NCBI GenBank assembly: GCA_016214655.1
Contig: JACROC010000002.1
Coordinates: 3,801 to 67,800 of the forward strand
DNA from: Candidatus Harrisonbacteria bacterium
GTDB lineage: Bacteria > Patescibacteriota > Minisyncoccia > UBA6257 > 02-FULL-45-10c
Reading direction: 5' to 3'
Length of the DNA stretch: 64,000 nucleotides
The number at the start of each line of letters is the position of its first letter. Positions within the stretch are counted from its first letter, which is position 1. Positions 45,044 to 55,277 of this stretch are shown here, piece after piece. A program made the translations under genes and the position numbers. The notes under the pieces are model-generated. The model made no database searches. It was not told the origin of the DNA and worked only from the letters and a program-made list of their open reading frames with translations.

Positions 45044-45553
45044 ATGCAATTCCCCAAACGAAGATTATCCGATGCTCTTAAAATACGAGATGACGGACCA
45101 ATATACCTTACGCCAGAAGGCATTAAACGCTTAAAGGAAAAACTTATTCGCCTTAAGCAAGAACTTCCCGATCTCATAGCCGAAGCAAAACGGACAGCCG
45201 CGTATGGCGACCGTTCGGATAATGCAGAATATAAAGAGGCGAAATCAATTCTCCGCCGAACGCACCGGCAAATTCTCGGCACCGAAGATCAGCTTAAGCG
45301 CGCGATAGAAATCACTCTGGGCCGCAATGCCACCGGAACAATCAAGCTTGGTTCCACCGTTATACTGGAATCAAAAGAGAGGGTGCGCAAGACATTTCAA
45401 ATCGTCGGCCCTTACGAAACTAACCCCGAAAGAGGGCGCATCTCGCACCAGTCTCCGCTTGGCGCCGCACTTATTGATCACACAAAAGGAGAGAAGATAA
45501 CAATACAAACAATGAATGGCCCCAAAGAATTTCTGGTCATTGAAGTTCACTAA
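45044..45553 (+). CDS. greA: Transcription elongation factor GreA
   Basis: N-terminal coiled coil with conserved acidic tip context (GDRSDNAEY), C-terminal FKBP-like domain. Confidence 0.85.
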   Translation: MQFPKRRLSDALKIRDDGPIYLTPEGIKRLKEKLIRLKQELPDLIAEAKRTAAYGDRSDNAEYKEAKSILRRTHRQILGTEDQLKRAIEITLGRNATGTIKLGSTVILESKERVRKTFQIVGPYETNPERGRISHQSPLGAALIDHTKGEKITIQTMNGPKEFLVIEVH

Positions 45554-45571
45554 TATGATATAATTAACAAC

Positions 45572-46057
45572 GTGATCCCGCATGGTCCAAAAGATACTTT
45601 TAATCACTTAACTGGCCGTAAAGGTTTTGATTATAATCAAATCACAGATGAGATTTTTATTGGCACCAATATGTGTTGCCAATTCGGTTTCTCTAAAGAA
45701 CTCCTATTGAAAGGAGTACGCGCCGATATCAGCCTTGAACAAGATCGTACAGATGCGCCCGATGGCGTGGATTATTTTTTGTGGCTTCCAACAGAAAATG
45801 GTAAAGCTCCAAATCCTAAAAATCTTGAAATCGGAGTTAAATTTTTGGATTTTTTAATTAACAATAAGATAAAAACTTTTATTCACTGCAAGAACGGCCA
45901 TGGGCGCGCGCCCACTCTTTTCGCTGCTTATTTAATTAGCCGCAGCATGAACGTTCAAGATGCGGTTAAATTAATCACATCTAAACGGCCGACAATCCAC
46001 CTAACTGATTTACAAATGCAAGCGCTTAATGAATATAAAACAGGCGTAACCAATTAA
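45572..46057 (+). CDS. Dual-specificity (Tyr/Ser-Thr) protein phosphatase
   Basis: HCKNGHGRAPT CX5R active-site loop. Confidence 0.8.
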   Translation: MIPHGPKDTFNHLTGRKGFDYNQITDEIFIGTNMCCQFGFSKELLLKGVRADISLEQDRTDAPDGVDYFLWLPTENGKAPNPKNLEIGVKFLDFLINNKIKTFIHCKNGHGRAPTLFAAYLISRSMNVQDAVKLITSKRPTIHLTDLQMQALNEYKTGVTN

Positions 46058-46081
46058 TTGCGGCGGCATCTGAAAAATTTA

Positions 46082-46534
46082 TTAATTCAAAATCGGGGGT
46101 AGTGGCCTGATTTGTACAGACTGCGCAGTGATGCTCCCATCAGAATTTACCGTTCCATTTATAGAAACATTTTCACCGATTTTAAGATCACTCAGAACGC
46201 CATTAATAAACTTCCCAACTTCGGTCACATCAGAATAAAAAACAATCTTTGAGCCGCCATCGCGAAGTTTAACGGTTATGCTCTTGTCGTCTTTGGAAAT
46301 AATTTCACCGCTTGCAAATCCGCCACTTTGTCCAAGCCTTCCTCCTCTAGACCCCCCGCTTCCACCAATTTCTTGAAACCGTTGCTGGCGTTCCTCTGAC
46401 GAAAGATTCTGAAAGTCTACGCGTGAAAATTGTCCGCGCAAACTTTTACTTTCCACATACTTCATCCCTCCATAAAACGCTCCGCCCCCGACCACCACAG
46501 CAACCGCTATGATAATTAAAATTAATTTATTCAT
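46082..46534 (-). CDS. Secreted Gly/Ser-rich hypothetical protein, last gene of efflux operon
   Basis: N-terminal TM/signal. Confidence 0.4.
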   Translation of the reverse strand: MNKLILIIIAVAVVVGGGAFYGGMKYVESKSLRGQFSRVDFQNLSSEERQQRFQEIGGSGGSRGGRLGQSGGFASGEIISKDDKSITVKLRDGGSKIVFYSDVTEVGKFINGVLSDLKIGENVSINGTVNSDGSITAQSVQIRPLPPILN

Positions 46535-47753
46535 ATCGTAATGCTTCGATTGGATTTAATGACGCAGCCCGGCGCGCAGGATAATAACCGAAAATAATTC
46601 CGATAGCGGCAGATACGCCGAATGCCAAGGCGATTGATGACAATGATACTTGTGTGGCAATTCCCGCAAATTGCGTGACGGCCAATGAAATAATCCAGCC
46701 CAGCAGTATCCCCATGAGACCTCCGAAAAATGTCAGCATTACCGCTTCGCTTAAGAACTGCAAACTGATGTCCTTTCTTTTTGCGCCGATGGCTTTGCGA
46801 AGCCCGATCTCGCGCGTTCGCTCAGTAACAGTGGTCAACATCATATTCATAATGCCGATGCCGCCCACAATGAGCGAGATGCCGGCAATGGAAGCAAGGA
46901 GAATAGTCATGGTATTAGTTACGGCGGAAGCGGTTTGCACGATGTCTTGCTGATTTAATACTTGAAAGTCGGCGAACTGGGGATTTGGGATGTTATGCCT
47001 TTGAAGTAAAAGATCGGTAATTTGCTGTTGAATGGTTGCCATGGTATCTGGACTTTCTGCCTGCACGCTGATGGTTGTCACATAATTATCGCCGGCAAGA
47101 AACCGCTGGGCAGTTGATAGAGGAATAAAAATCATATCGTCTTGATTAGTGAATCCAGATCCGCCCTTTGATTTGGTAATGCCGATAATCTTAAAATCTA
47201 CGCGGTTGATGCGAATGGTTTGGCCGATTGGAGTTGAATTTTCGCCAAATAGGTCATTTCGGGTGGTGGAACCCAGCACTGCCACTTTCGATAAGCTCCG
47301 CACATTTTGTTCAGAGATGAATGATCCGGCATCGATTTGAACATTCCGCACTTGCAGATAAGAAGCGACGGTGCCGACAACTTGTGTGTTGGTATTTTTG
47401 CCTTTTGTGGTAATTTGGTATCTTCGCGATATTTCAGGAGCCACGGCTTGCGCAAGCGTAATTTCTTTCTGAATGGCGTCGGCATCTTCTTGTTTAAGCG
47501 TTTGAGCTGATCCACGGCCGGCGCTTACCGGGCCCGCTCCAGCTCCTCTTTGAGCTCCGGGCATAACCAGCACCAAGTTTGAACCGATGGATTGGATGCT
47601 TGCCTGAATTGAACCAGATACGCCCTGTCCGATGGATATCATGGCGATGACTGATCCAATGCCGATAACAATACCAAGAATCGTGAGGCCTGACCTCGCT
47701 TTATTAGCCAAAAGGGCGGTGTATGTTTCGTAAAAAATGTCTTTTGATTTCAT
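46527..47753 (-). CDS. MacB/FtsX-type ABC transporter permease with periplasmic domain
   Basis: N-terminal TM, large periplasmic MacB_PCD-like region, C-terminal FtsX 3-TM bundle. Confidence 0.85.
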   Translation of the reverse strand: MKSKDIFYETYTALLANKARSGLTILGIVIGIGSVIAMISIGQGVSGSIQASIQSIGSNLVLVMPGAQRGAGAGPVSAGRGSAQTLKQEDADAIQKEITLAQAVAPEISRRYQITTKGKNTNTQVVGTVASYLQVRNVQIDAGSFISEQNVRSLSKVAVLGSTTRNDLFGENSTPIGQTIRINRVDFKIIGITKSKGGSGFTNQDDMIFIPLSTAQRFLAGDNYVTTISVQAESPDTMATIQQQITDLLLQRHNIPNPQFADFQVLNQQDIVQTASAVTNTMTILLASIAGISLIVGGIGIMNMMLTTVTERTREIGLRKAIGAKRKDISLQFLSEAVMLTFFGGLMGILLGWIISLAVTQFAGIATQVSLSSIALAFGVSAAIGIIFGYYPARRAASLNPIEALRYE

Positions 47754-48466
47754 TGATGCGCGTTGTGATTGGCAAGTCTGCGGTTTTTTACTTTACTGTC
47801 ATCCAAGATGCTTCCGTCACGAATATTGATGATACGCTCGGCGTGTTCCGCAACGTACTGCTCGTGCGTAATCAACACTATAGTGCGACCTTGTTCTTGG
47901 TGAAGCCGTTGAAAAGTATCCAGAACAATCTCTCCTGTTTTAGTGTCAAGATTGCCGGTCGGTTCATCGGCAAGCACTAGCGTCGGGTTGTTTACGAGCG
48001 CGCGGGCAATGGCCACTCTTTGCATCATTCCTCCGGAAAGCTGATTAGAATAATGATTCCAGAATTTATCCGGGAATGCGGAGGCAGTAAGAGCTTCTTC
48101 GGCATGCTTTTTTCGTTCCTCTTCTGATACGCCCGCATAAATCAGCGGAAGCATGACGTTTCGCAACACGCTGGTTCTCGGCAAAAGATTGAAGGACTGA
48201 AACACAAAACCAATTTTTTTCATCCGGATATCCGCCAGCTCATCATCCGCCAAAGTTGATACGTCTTTTCCGTCTAAAAAATAAGTTCCGCTGGTCGGCG
48301 TATCCAAAGCTCCAAGAATATGCATCAAAGTTGATTTACCGGAACCGGACGGACCCATAATCGCAACGAATTCGCCGTCTTTAATGACAAACGAAACGTC
48401 TTTCAACGCTTGTGTTTCTACATCGCTGGTCTTATATATTTTGCTGATATGTTTGCATTCAATCAT
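47750..48466 (-). CDS. ABC transporter ATP-binding protein (MacB/LolD-type)
   Basis: [34 protein letters not shown]. Confidence 0.9.
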   Translation of the reverse strand: MIECKHISKIYKTSDVETQALKDVSFVIKDGEFVAIMGPSGSGKSTLMHILGALDTPTSGTYFLDGKDVSTLADDELADIRMKKIGFVFQSFNLLPRTSVLRNVMLPLIYAGVSEEERKKHAEEALTASAFPDKFWNHYSNQLSGGMMQRVAIARALVNNPTLVLADEPTGNLDTKTGEIVLDTFQRLHQEQGRTIVLITHEQYVAEHAERIINIRDGSILDDSKVKNRRLANHNAHQ

Positions 48467-48493
48467 TATCTTAAAAAAATTTTGGCGGGTGAA

Positions 48494-50233
48494 TTAACGA
48501 CGCGGCCCTCCGCCACCGCCTCCACCACCACCTCCTCCGCCGGTGATGCCCGGGATTCGCAAACTCGTATTCTGCTGAGTTTGGCTCTGTGAAGCAGTTT
48601 GCGTGATTGTTTGCGTCACGACTTGATCACCTTCATTGAGGCCGCTTGTGACTTCGGTCATCGTATCATTGGAAAGTCCCGTTTGAATGATTTGGCGTTT
48701 CGGCGTTTCGGTTTCGCTGGTAGATATTTCCACGTACGCCGTATCGCCCTGTTGTTTTACTGCAGAATTTGGAACGAGAAGCGCGTTTTGTTTGACATCG
48801 GTGATGATCGCAGCGGATACGCTCATACCCGGTTTAACCCGCTCATCCTGCGTGTCAAAACTGATTTTGACGCCGTAAGTAACCACTCCTTGGGTGACCG
48901 CTCCGACAGATTCTATTTCCACTACCTCTCCCGTGAAGGAAAGACTCTCGATCGCATCAAAGGTAAGTGTAACTTTCTGGCCGACTTTAACTTTCACAAT
49001 ATCTACTTCGTTTAATGAAATTTCCGCAATCTTTTGCTTAGTGATAAGAGTTGCGAGTGTCGAACCGCTAGAAACCGCATCTGTCTTCTTTGCATTTACT
49101 TTAGCAATGATACCTGAAAAAGGGGCGCGAATTACATAATCGGCAAGTTTCTCCTTTAAATCACTGAGGGCAACCCCTTTCTTTTTAATGCTATTTTGAG
49201 CGATTTGAAGATCAATAGGATTTATTCCGGTTGGATTATTTATCTCTAAAATACGAATATCCCTTTCTGTATTGAGAATCGCTCCCTTGGTGTCTGCCAA
49301 AGACTGCTTCTGCGCCAAAATAGAACTCAAATTGTTATTTACCGTGCTAAGGTAATTTTTGAGATTGGTTCGTAGCGTTGCTATCGATGGATTGAGATTT
49401 CGGTTTTTTTTCTCAGCGATATCTATAATCGTATCTAAAAGATTGGTCTCGCTTTTTGCCGCTTGGGCAATAGCTTTAGTGGTGTTAAGCGTCTCCTGCA
49501 AAAGTTCTTCCAAAAAAGATTCCTCGGAATAACGGGAAATAGCTTTAAAGTTAAGAAAATTCTTATCATACGCTTCTCGTGCGATTCCGTAGTCCTTATC
49601 TGCAATATCAGCAAAGGCCGTAACTAAATCCCTGTCTTCTTTATCAAACAAACTTTTATAGACGTCTATATTCCACTGCGACGTACGTGGTTCTAAATCC
49701 TTGCCAAATAAAATATTTTGAACTCCTGTTATTATGGAAGGGAGGTCAAGAAAAGCGTTAGAGACTGTATTGAATGTATCCTCGTATTCTTTTTCCAAGC
49801 TATCTTTTAATTTTTGAAGCGACTCAAGCTTGCGCTCGTAATCAATAGGGGCTTGGGCAATATCTTTATCAAGCTTTAATTTAGTTTCTTCAAGGTCTAG
49901 CTCCGCGTCAGCAACTGCCTTTTTAGCAGTGGTATCGTCAAGACTAAATAATGCTTGGCCTTGCGAAACTTCCTGGCCAACTTTTGCGCCTATCCAAATT
50001 ACATCTCCGGACACTTTTGGTTTAAGGTCCACCTGATTGGAAGCGGAAACCTGGCCGCTTCCGGAGATGGAAACAATAAGCGTGCCTTTTTGAACCTGCG
50101 CGGATACATAGCGAGTGGCAAAGCTTGTGCCAAAAAAATATTTATATCCGAAATAGCCACTGACAATAAACGCAACGGCAACCGCGCCAAATAAAATTTT
50201 TCTCTCCAAAACTTTTTTGATTAAATTTGCCAT
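48494..50233 (-). CDS. HlyD/MacA-type periplasmic adaptor with C-terminal poly-Gly (G13) tail; start at MANLIKK
   Basis: N-terminal TM, long coiled coil, beta-barrel/lipoyl-like regions; ...GITGGGGGGGGGGGGPRR C-terminus. Confidence 0.7.
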   Translation of the reverse strand: MANLIKKVLERKILFGAVAVAFIVSGYFGYKYFFGTSFATRYVSAQVQKGTLIVSISGSGQVSASNQVDLKPKVSGDVIWIGAKVGQEVSQGQALFSLDDTTAKKAVADAELDLEETKLKLDKDIAQAPIDYERKLESLQKLKDSLEKEYEDTFNTVSNAFLDLPSIITGVQNILFGKDLEPRTSQWNIDVYKSLFDKEDRDLVTAFADIADKDYGIAREAYDKNFLNFKAISRYSEESFLEELLQETLNTTKAIAQAAKSETNLLDTIIDIAEKKNRNLNPSIATLRTNLKNYLSTVNNNLSSILAQKQSLADTKGAILNTERDIRILEINNPTGINPIDLQIAQNSIKKKGVALSDLKEKLADYVIRAPFSGIIAKVNAKKTDAVSSGSTLATLITKQKIAEISLNEVDIVKVKVGQKVTLTFDAIESLSFTGEVVEIESVGAVTQGVVTYGVKISFDTQDERVKPGMSVSAAIITDVKQNALLVPNSAVKQQGDTAYVEISTSETETPKRQIIQTGLSNDTMTEVTSGLNEGDQVVTQTITQTASQSQTQQNTSLRIPGITGGGGGGGGGGGGPRR

Positions 50234-50240
50234 AATGTGT

Positions 50241-50696
50241 CTATCGGAAAACCCGAATAAACTTTGCCTCGATTTGGCCTTGATCATTCGGGGAACCGAT
50301 GATGACCACTTGATCGTCAACTTTAAGGTCGCTTGCTTTTAATGATTCGCGGCGACTGTCGATTGTCGTTTTGTCAGAGACAAGAACTGTTTTTTCAACT
50401 TCGCCTTTTCCTTTGATGATAAGGGTCGAGCCGTCAATTCTGATGATTGACCCAAAAGTGCCGTGAGCATTTATATAATCACGATCTCCAAAGCTGCGCC
50501 TGAAATCTCCGAAAAATCCCCCTTTGGGTCCAGCAAAATTACGGTGATAATTTTCTCCCCACTTATAAGAGAAGCGCGCCTTTCTATACCCGGTGAATTC
50601 CCCCGCCTTAAATACCAAAATCATGACAATCAACGCGCCGATAGCGATAAGCACTATCTTAAATATTTTTGATTGAAAAAATTCGTTGAAATCCAT
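50241..50696 (-). CDS. Hypothetical N-terminally anchored periplasmic protein (151 aa)
   Basis: Single N-terminal TM. Confidence 0.4.
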   Translation of the reverse strand: MDFNEFFQSKIFKIVLIAIGALIVMILVFKAGEFTGYRKARFSYKWGENYHRNFAGPKGGFFGDFRRSFGDRDYINAHGTFGSIIRIDGSTLIIKGKGEVEKTVLVSDKTTIDSRRESLKASDLKVDDQVVIIGSPNDQGQIEAKFIRVFR

Positions 50697-50703
50697 AATT
50701 TTA

Positions 50704-51150
50704 TTAGCTATTAATTAATTGCGGCTGGTTAAAAACTATCTTTATCGCTTGAGCAAGGTGCTTGAGCGACCAGAGAAAAATCAGTGTGGTGGCAAGGAAT
50801 GTGATTATGCTTACTGCTGGCAGGGATTCAAGAATAGCCAGGCCAAAATCTTGCCAGTTGGCCATTACCGATCCTAAGTCAGAAAAGATTAAAGAGAGAA
50901 ATTGGGAGAAACCAGATTGCGCGAATTCTTGCTGGAAAGCGTTGATTGCCGGGATAAATGCTGTGGCAGATACAACGACAGCGATTGAAAAGAGGATAAG
51001 CCGCCTTTTGACAAAAAGGAGCTGTTCTTCCTCGCGAATACGGGCAATTATTTTATCAAAAAGTCCCTCCGGCGGCTCTGGCGGAGTAAAGTGCGTGAAT
51101 AATTTTTTGTAGTCCCTACGCATATATACTAATACGACAAAAGGATGCAT
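50704..51150 (-). CDS. Putative anti-sigma factor (membrane protein downstream of ECF sigma)
   Basis: Position and single/dual TM architecture; no sequence motif. Confidence 0.35.
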   Translation of the reverse strand: MHPFVVLVYMRRDYKKLFTHFTPPEPPEGLFDKIIARIREEEQLLFVKRRLILFSIAVVVSATAFIPAINAFQQEFAQSGFSQFLSLIFSDLGSVMANWQDFGLAILESLPAVSIITFLATTLIFLWSLKHLAQAIKIVFNQPQLINS

Positions 51151-51190
51151 TTTGGTGCATCCTTTAAAATTTCATTTTAGCGCATTACTT

Positions 51191-51745
51191 CTATTGAGCG
51201 AGATTTCTCAATATGATAACGGCTCTTCGGTACCTTGATTTTATAGTATTTAATGACTCTCCTAAAAATTCGGCAATTTCTTTAAAAGTAAAATTATCGT
51301 TGCAACGTAAAAACAATACTGTCCGGTATTGAAGCGATAATTTATTTATTGCGCCGGTAAACGCCAAAGAAAACTCCTGCTGTTCGAGAAGCTCTTGAGC
51401 AGAAGAAGCGGGATCGGCAAATGTTTCCAAAAGCGAATTTTCTCCTTTTTCATTTTCAAATGCCGAAAAGGAAATGGTTTTTTTCTTTTTAAGAAAATCT
51501 ATTGTTGTATTTTTAGCGATGGCGAAAATCCAGGTTTTAAAACTTTTTGATTGGTCAAACTTTTTAAGGCTACGCCACGCTTTCACAAAAACTTCCTGAG
51601 TGGTATCTTCAGCGTCTCGCTCATCACCGACGTACCTATACACAAAACCATAAATAGGCCTTAAGTATCTTTGTACCAGAACCTCGAATGCACCGGAATC
51701 GCCCCGAAGATAATCGATTATAAGCTGTTCATCTAACTGTTGCAT
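51191..51745 (-). CDS. ECF (group IV) sigma-70 factor; start at MQQLDEQL
   Basis: Region 2 (YLRPIYGFVYRYVGDERDAEDTTQEVFVKAW) and region 4 HTH (FTFKEIAEFLGESLNTIKSRYRRA). Confidence 0.8.
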   Translation of the reverse strand: MQQLDEQLIIDYLRGDSGAFEVLVQRYLRPIYGFVYRYVGDERDAEDTTQEVFVKAWRSLKKFDQSKSFKTWIFAIAKNTTIDFLKKKKTISFSAFENEKGENSLLETFADPASSAQELLEQQEFSLAFTGAINKLSLQYRTVLFLRCNDNFTFKEIAEFLGESLNTIKSRYRRAVIILRNLAQ

Positions 51746-51779
51746 ATAAATATTGTAGCAGTTAATATAAAATTTAACT

Positions 51780-52328
51780 ATGAACAAAAAAGAGATAATA
51801 GTCTTCGGGGGAGGATGTTTTTGGTGCACTGAAGCGATATTTTTAGAGCTAAAAGGAGTCACTTCTGTAATTCCCGGTTATACCGGCGGAACAACCGCGA
51901 ATCCAACCTATGACGAAGTTTCTACCGGAAAGACCGGCCACGTGGAAGTAATCAGAATAGAATACGACCCTAAAATAATCTCCGCAGAAAAACTCCTGGA
52001 GGTTTTCTTCATGAGCCACGACCCAACCACGCTTAACAAGCAAGGAGCTGATATCGGTTCCCAATACCGCTCAATTATTCTTTACACCAACGAAACACAA
52101 CTCCAAACAGCGAAATCATATATTAAAAACCTTGATGAAAGTAAAAAATATCCAAAACCAATCGTAACCGAATTAAAACAGCTCGAAAATTTCTACCCCG
52201 CCGAGGAATATCATCAAAAATTCTACGAAAAAAATCCGGAAATGCCCTACTCGCAAGCCATAATCGCGCCAAAGGTGGAAAAACTGCGCCAGCACTTTAA
52301 AGAATTGCTCAAGAAAAAATCCGCTTGA
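51780..52328 (+). CDS. msrA: Peptide methionine sulfoxide reductase A
   Basis: GGGCFWCTEA active-site motif. Confidence 0.9.
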   Translation: MNKKEIIVFGGGCFWCTEAIFLELKGVTSVIPGYTGGTTANPTYDEVSTGKTGHVEVIRIEYDPKIISAEKLLEVFFMSHDPTTLNKQGADIGSQYRSIILYTNETQLQTAKSYIKNLDESKKYPKPIVTELKQLENFYPAEEYHQKFYEKNPEMPYSQAIIAPKVEKLRQHFKELLKKKSA

Positions 52329-52340
52329 GCGGATTAAGAT
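52315..52340 (+). terminator. aaaaaatccgcttgagcggatt hairpin
   Basis: Overlaps msrA stop. Confidence 0.5.
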
Positions 52341-52578
52341 AAGAAATAATACAACGTGCCCGCTAAAATTATTGCTAGCGTGGTGGAAGTTTTAGGATAC
52401 TGCGGAACAATATGCAGTATGCTCGTAATGTAGCCGAATCCCAGTTCATACATTAGCGCGCCCCCTTACAGCCCCAACACCAGCCAAATCCCCGGCTTTA
52501 ATGCCGTTTTGCAAAAGACTTTGAATTGCTCTGCCAATCAACAGCTCTTCATTACGCGCCGGAATAACCGCTGCAATT
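52340..52578 (-). pseudogene. Remnant of a GT2-family glycosyltransferase (N-terminal 45 aa plus out-of-frame C-terminal TM segment)
   Basis: MKIAAVIPARNEELLIGRAIQSL... stops after 46 codons; a second frame encodes YELGFGYITSILHIVPQYPKTSTTLAIILAGTLYYFLS. Confidence 0.4.
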
Positions 52579-52658
52579 TTCATAGCAGCCTTCCATACTT
52601 TCAAAGAACTTAACTAGGTATTGAGCAAAAATAAGAAAAGTCAATAAAAAGTCCTTGG

Positions 52659-53381
52659 TCAAAACTCTTCGCGCGGCTTAGATTTTTTAATAATCTCAAA
52701 AGCCTCTTCGGCGGTATCAACTAAATAATAAAGCTTCAAATCTTCCGCATCGATAGTCTGGTAATCCTTAACCAGTTTTTCTTTCATCCACCTATCTAAC
52801 GTACCCCAAAAATCTTTGCCTACCAGCACTACCGGTATTTTTTCATAAATCTTTTTAGTCTGAATAAGAGTCAATATTTCAAATGCTTCGTCTAAAGTTC
52901 CGTAACCACCAGGGAAAAATACATATGCCTGGGCAGAATATGAAAGCATCACTTTTCTAGTGAAGAAATAATGGAAACCGATGGCTTTGCGGACAAAAGG
53001 ATTAATACGCTGCTCAAACGGGAGTTGTATGTTAAGACCGACAGAATCGCCCTTACCCTCCACTGCTCCGCGATTAGCCGCCTCCATAATGCCCGGACCG
53101 CCGCCAGTAATAATTCCAAAACCGGCTCGAGCCAGTATTCTTCCCAATTTCTGCGCCTCACGATACCAATGGTCATCTTGCGGAAGACGAGCAGATCCGA
53201 AAAAAGTCACGGTTTTTTTAAAATCAGTCACAAACTGAAAACCGTCTACAAATTCAGCCATTATTCTAAATACCCGCCAATGGAAAGAGTTGCGCCAATC
53301 TTTTCTGGGTTTTTCAATTTTAGGCAATTCCTTGGCTGGAACATTGAGTCCACTGGGATTTTTTTGAATCTTATCAGCCAT
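52659..53381 (-). CDS. LOG-family protein (Rossmann-fold nucleotide 5'-monophosphate nucleosidase)
   Basis: VTFFGSAR, GGGPGIMEAAN, PGGYGTLDE motifs. Confidence 0.85.
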   Translation of the reverse strand: MADKIQKNPSGLNVPAKELPKIEKPRKDWRNSFHWRVFRIMAEFVDGFQFVTDFKKTVTFFGSARLPQDDHWYREAQKLGRILARAGFGIITGGGPGIMEAANRGAVEGKGDSVGLNIQLPFEQRINPFVRKAIGFHYFFTRKVMLSYSAQAYVFFPGGYGTLDEAFEILTLIQTKKIYEKIPVVLVGKDFWGTLDRWMKEKLVKDYQTIDAEDLKLYYLVDTAEEAFEIIKKSKPREEF

Positions 53382-53597
53382 ATAAATTATTGTATCATAT
53401 TTTATCCTATCTAGCTATTTTCATAAAAATTTATTAAAATAGGAGAATAGGATCCAATTTATTATGAAACCCAGGTGGAAAAAAATCATAACTCACTTTA
53501 TGGTCTGGACCGTAATCATCGGCATGCTAGGCACCGGCTTATTAGCGCTATTTTAAAATTATCCAACAATAAAGGAAAATAGCCCGGCTGGGCTATT

Positions 53598-54506
53598 TTA
53601 TATTTTCAGATATCTTCTCACTGCAATGATACTGGAAACCGTCCCCAACACCACGCCAAATCCTAGCTGATAACCGGTCAATTTCAATAAATTACTGTAA
53701 AAATATCCGTTAATATTAACCTCGGGCATTAAAACTTTAACATAGGGAGCCGCAACCGATATCAGCGGAACCATCAAAAGCATGCTCAGAAATGCCGCTA
53801 AAATTCCGTAAAGCACACCCTGGATTATATAAGGCCCGCTAATAAATTTATTTGCGGCGCCGACCAGACGCATAACACCGATTTCATCGCGCGTGGAATA
53901 AATGGTAAGAATTATGGTATTTAAAGTCACAAAAACTGCAATAACAGATAAAATAACAGTGAGTGCTACTCCGCCTTTACCGGCAGTCTCGGCGATATTA
54001 GCCAAACGATTAATTATCAATTGATTCTGACTATAAGTGACCTGATCAACTAGATTATTCAGATTTTCATTATTCAGATAGGAAACAATAACCGGATAAT
54101 CGCGGGGATCTTTTGCTTTTATATTCAATGAGGCCGAAAGCGGGTTTTCACCCAAAACCTCCAGCGCTTGATTAATAGTTTGATCCTCTTTGTGGCGATC
54201 TTTGAAAGACTGCAAAGCCAAATCGCGCGAAATGTATTCAACATCTTTAACTTCGGATAAGCTGGCCAATGATCTTTGAACTTTCAAAATATCATCCTCA
54301 GAAACGTTAGTCTGGAAATAAACGCTAATATCAATTTTATCCCGCAAAATTGCTAACGCGCTATCGGCTAAAACATTGAAAATAATCAGATTCAAAAAAA
54401 CGAAAAGCACCAGGGTCATAACCGACAACGCTGGTATGGAAGACCAGCCATTCCTGAAAAATCCCTGGACACCGTATTTAATTATGCGATATAAAGTAGT
54501 TACCAA
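53598..54506 (-). CDS. ftsX: Cell-division ABC permease FtsX (TTG start)
   Basis: N-terminal TM, periplasmic loop, C-terminal 3-TM FtsX domain; follows ftsE. Confidence 0.85.
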   Translation of the reverse strand: MVTTLYRIIKYGVQGFFRNGWSSIPALSVMTLVLFVFLNLIIFNVLADSALAILRDKIDISVYFQTNVSEDDILKVQRSLASLSEVKDVEYISRDLALQSFKDRHKEDQTINQALEVLGENPLSASLNIKAKDPRDYPVIVSYLNNENLNNLVDQVTYSQNQLIINRLANIAETAGKGGVALTVILSVIAVFVTLNTIILTIYSTRDEIGVMRLVGAANKFISGPYIIQGVLYGILAAFLSMLLMVPLISVAAPYVKVLMPEVNINGYFYSNLLKLTGYQLGFGVVLGTVSSIIAVRRYLKI

Positions 54507-54584
<78 letters not shown>

Positions 54585-55268
54585 TTATGCAAGTACGTAC
54601 TTCCCATTTGCTTCATCTCTTATAATTCTACCATTATCCAGACTGATTACGCGCCGGTTAAGGCTATTAACTATTTCGCGATTATGGGTGACCAAAATAA
54701 CCGTGGTTCCAAGTTCATTAATTTTCAAAAGTAATTTTACGATGTCGCCGGCATGGATAGGATCCAGATTACCAGTTGGTTCATCAGCAACTACAACTGC
54801 CGGCCGATTAATCATCGCCCTAGCAATAGCCACTCGCTGCTTCTCACCACCGGATAACTCATGGGGGAAATTGCGGGCCCGATGAGCCAGCCCAACCATA
54901 TCCAAAACCTGCGGCACAAATTCATCAATTTCCGACTGCGGCCTTCCCTCCACCTCTAAAGCAAAGGCAATATTTTCCTGAGCGGTCTTGGTCGGCAATA
55001 ATCTGAAATCTTGAAACACTATGCCAATCTGCCTCCGCAAAGCTGGCATCTCCTGCGGCTTTAATTTATTTACTTCGTAAGGGCCGAAAAAAACCCGTCC
55101 TTTAGTTGGTTTTTCTTCACCAATAAGAAGCTTAATTATCGTTGACTTACCGGCGCCATTGCGTCCGACAATACAAATAAACTCTTTTGGTTGGATTGTA
55201 AGATTAACACCCTCCAGCGCCACCGAATGACTGTTATAAACCTTAGAGACATTTTGGAAGCTAATCAT
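54585..55268 (-). CDS. ftsE: Cell-division ATP-binding protein FtsE
   Basis: [35 protein letters not shown]. Confidence 0.9.
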   Translation of the reverse strand: MISFQNVSKVYNSHSVALEGVNLTIQPKEFICIVGRNGAGKSTIIKLLIGEEKPTKGRVFFGPYEVNKLKPQEMPALRRQIGIVFQDFRLLPTKTAQENIAFALEVEGRPQSEIDEFVPQVLDMVGLAHRARNFPHELSGGEKQRVAIARAMINRPAVVVADEPTGNLDPIHAGDIVKLLLKINELGTTVILVTHNREIVNSLNRRVISLDNGRIIRDEANGKYVLA

Positions 55269-55277
55269 AGAACAATA

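Noticed and set aside
48494-48560. Poly-G nucleotide tract as sequencing artefact or repeat element
   Set aside because: It is an in-frame GGN codon repeat encoding polyglycine inside an otherwise intact adaptor gene.
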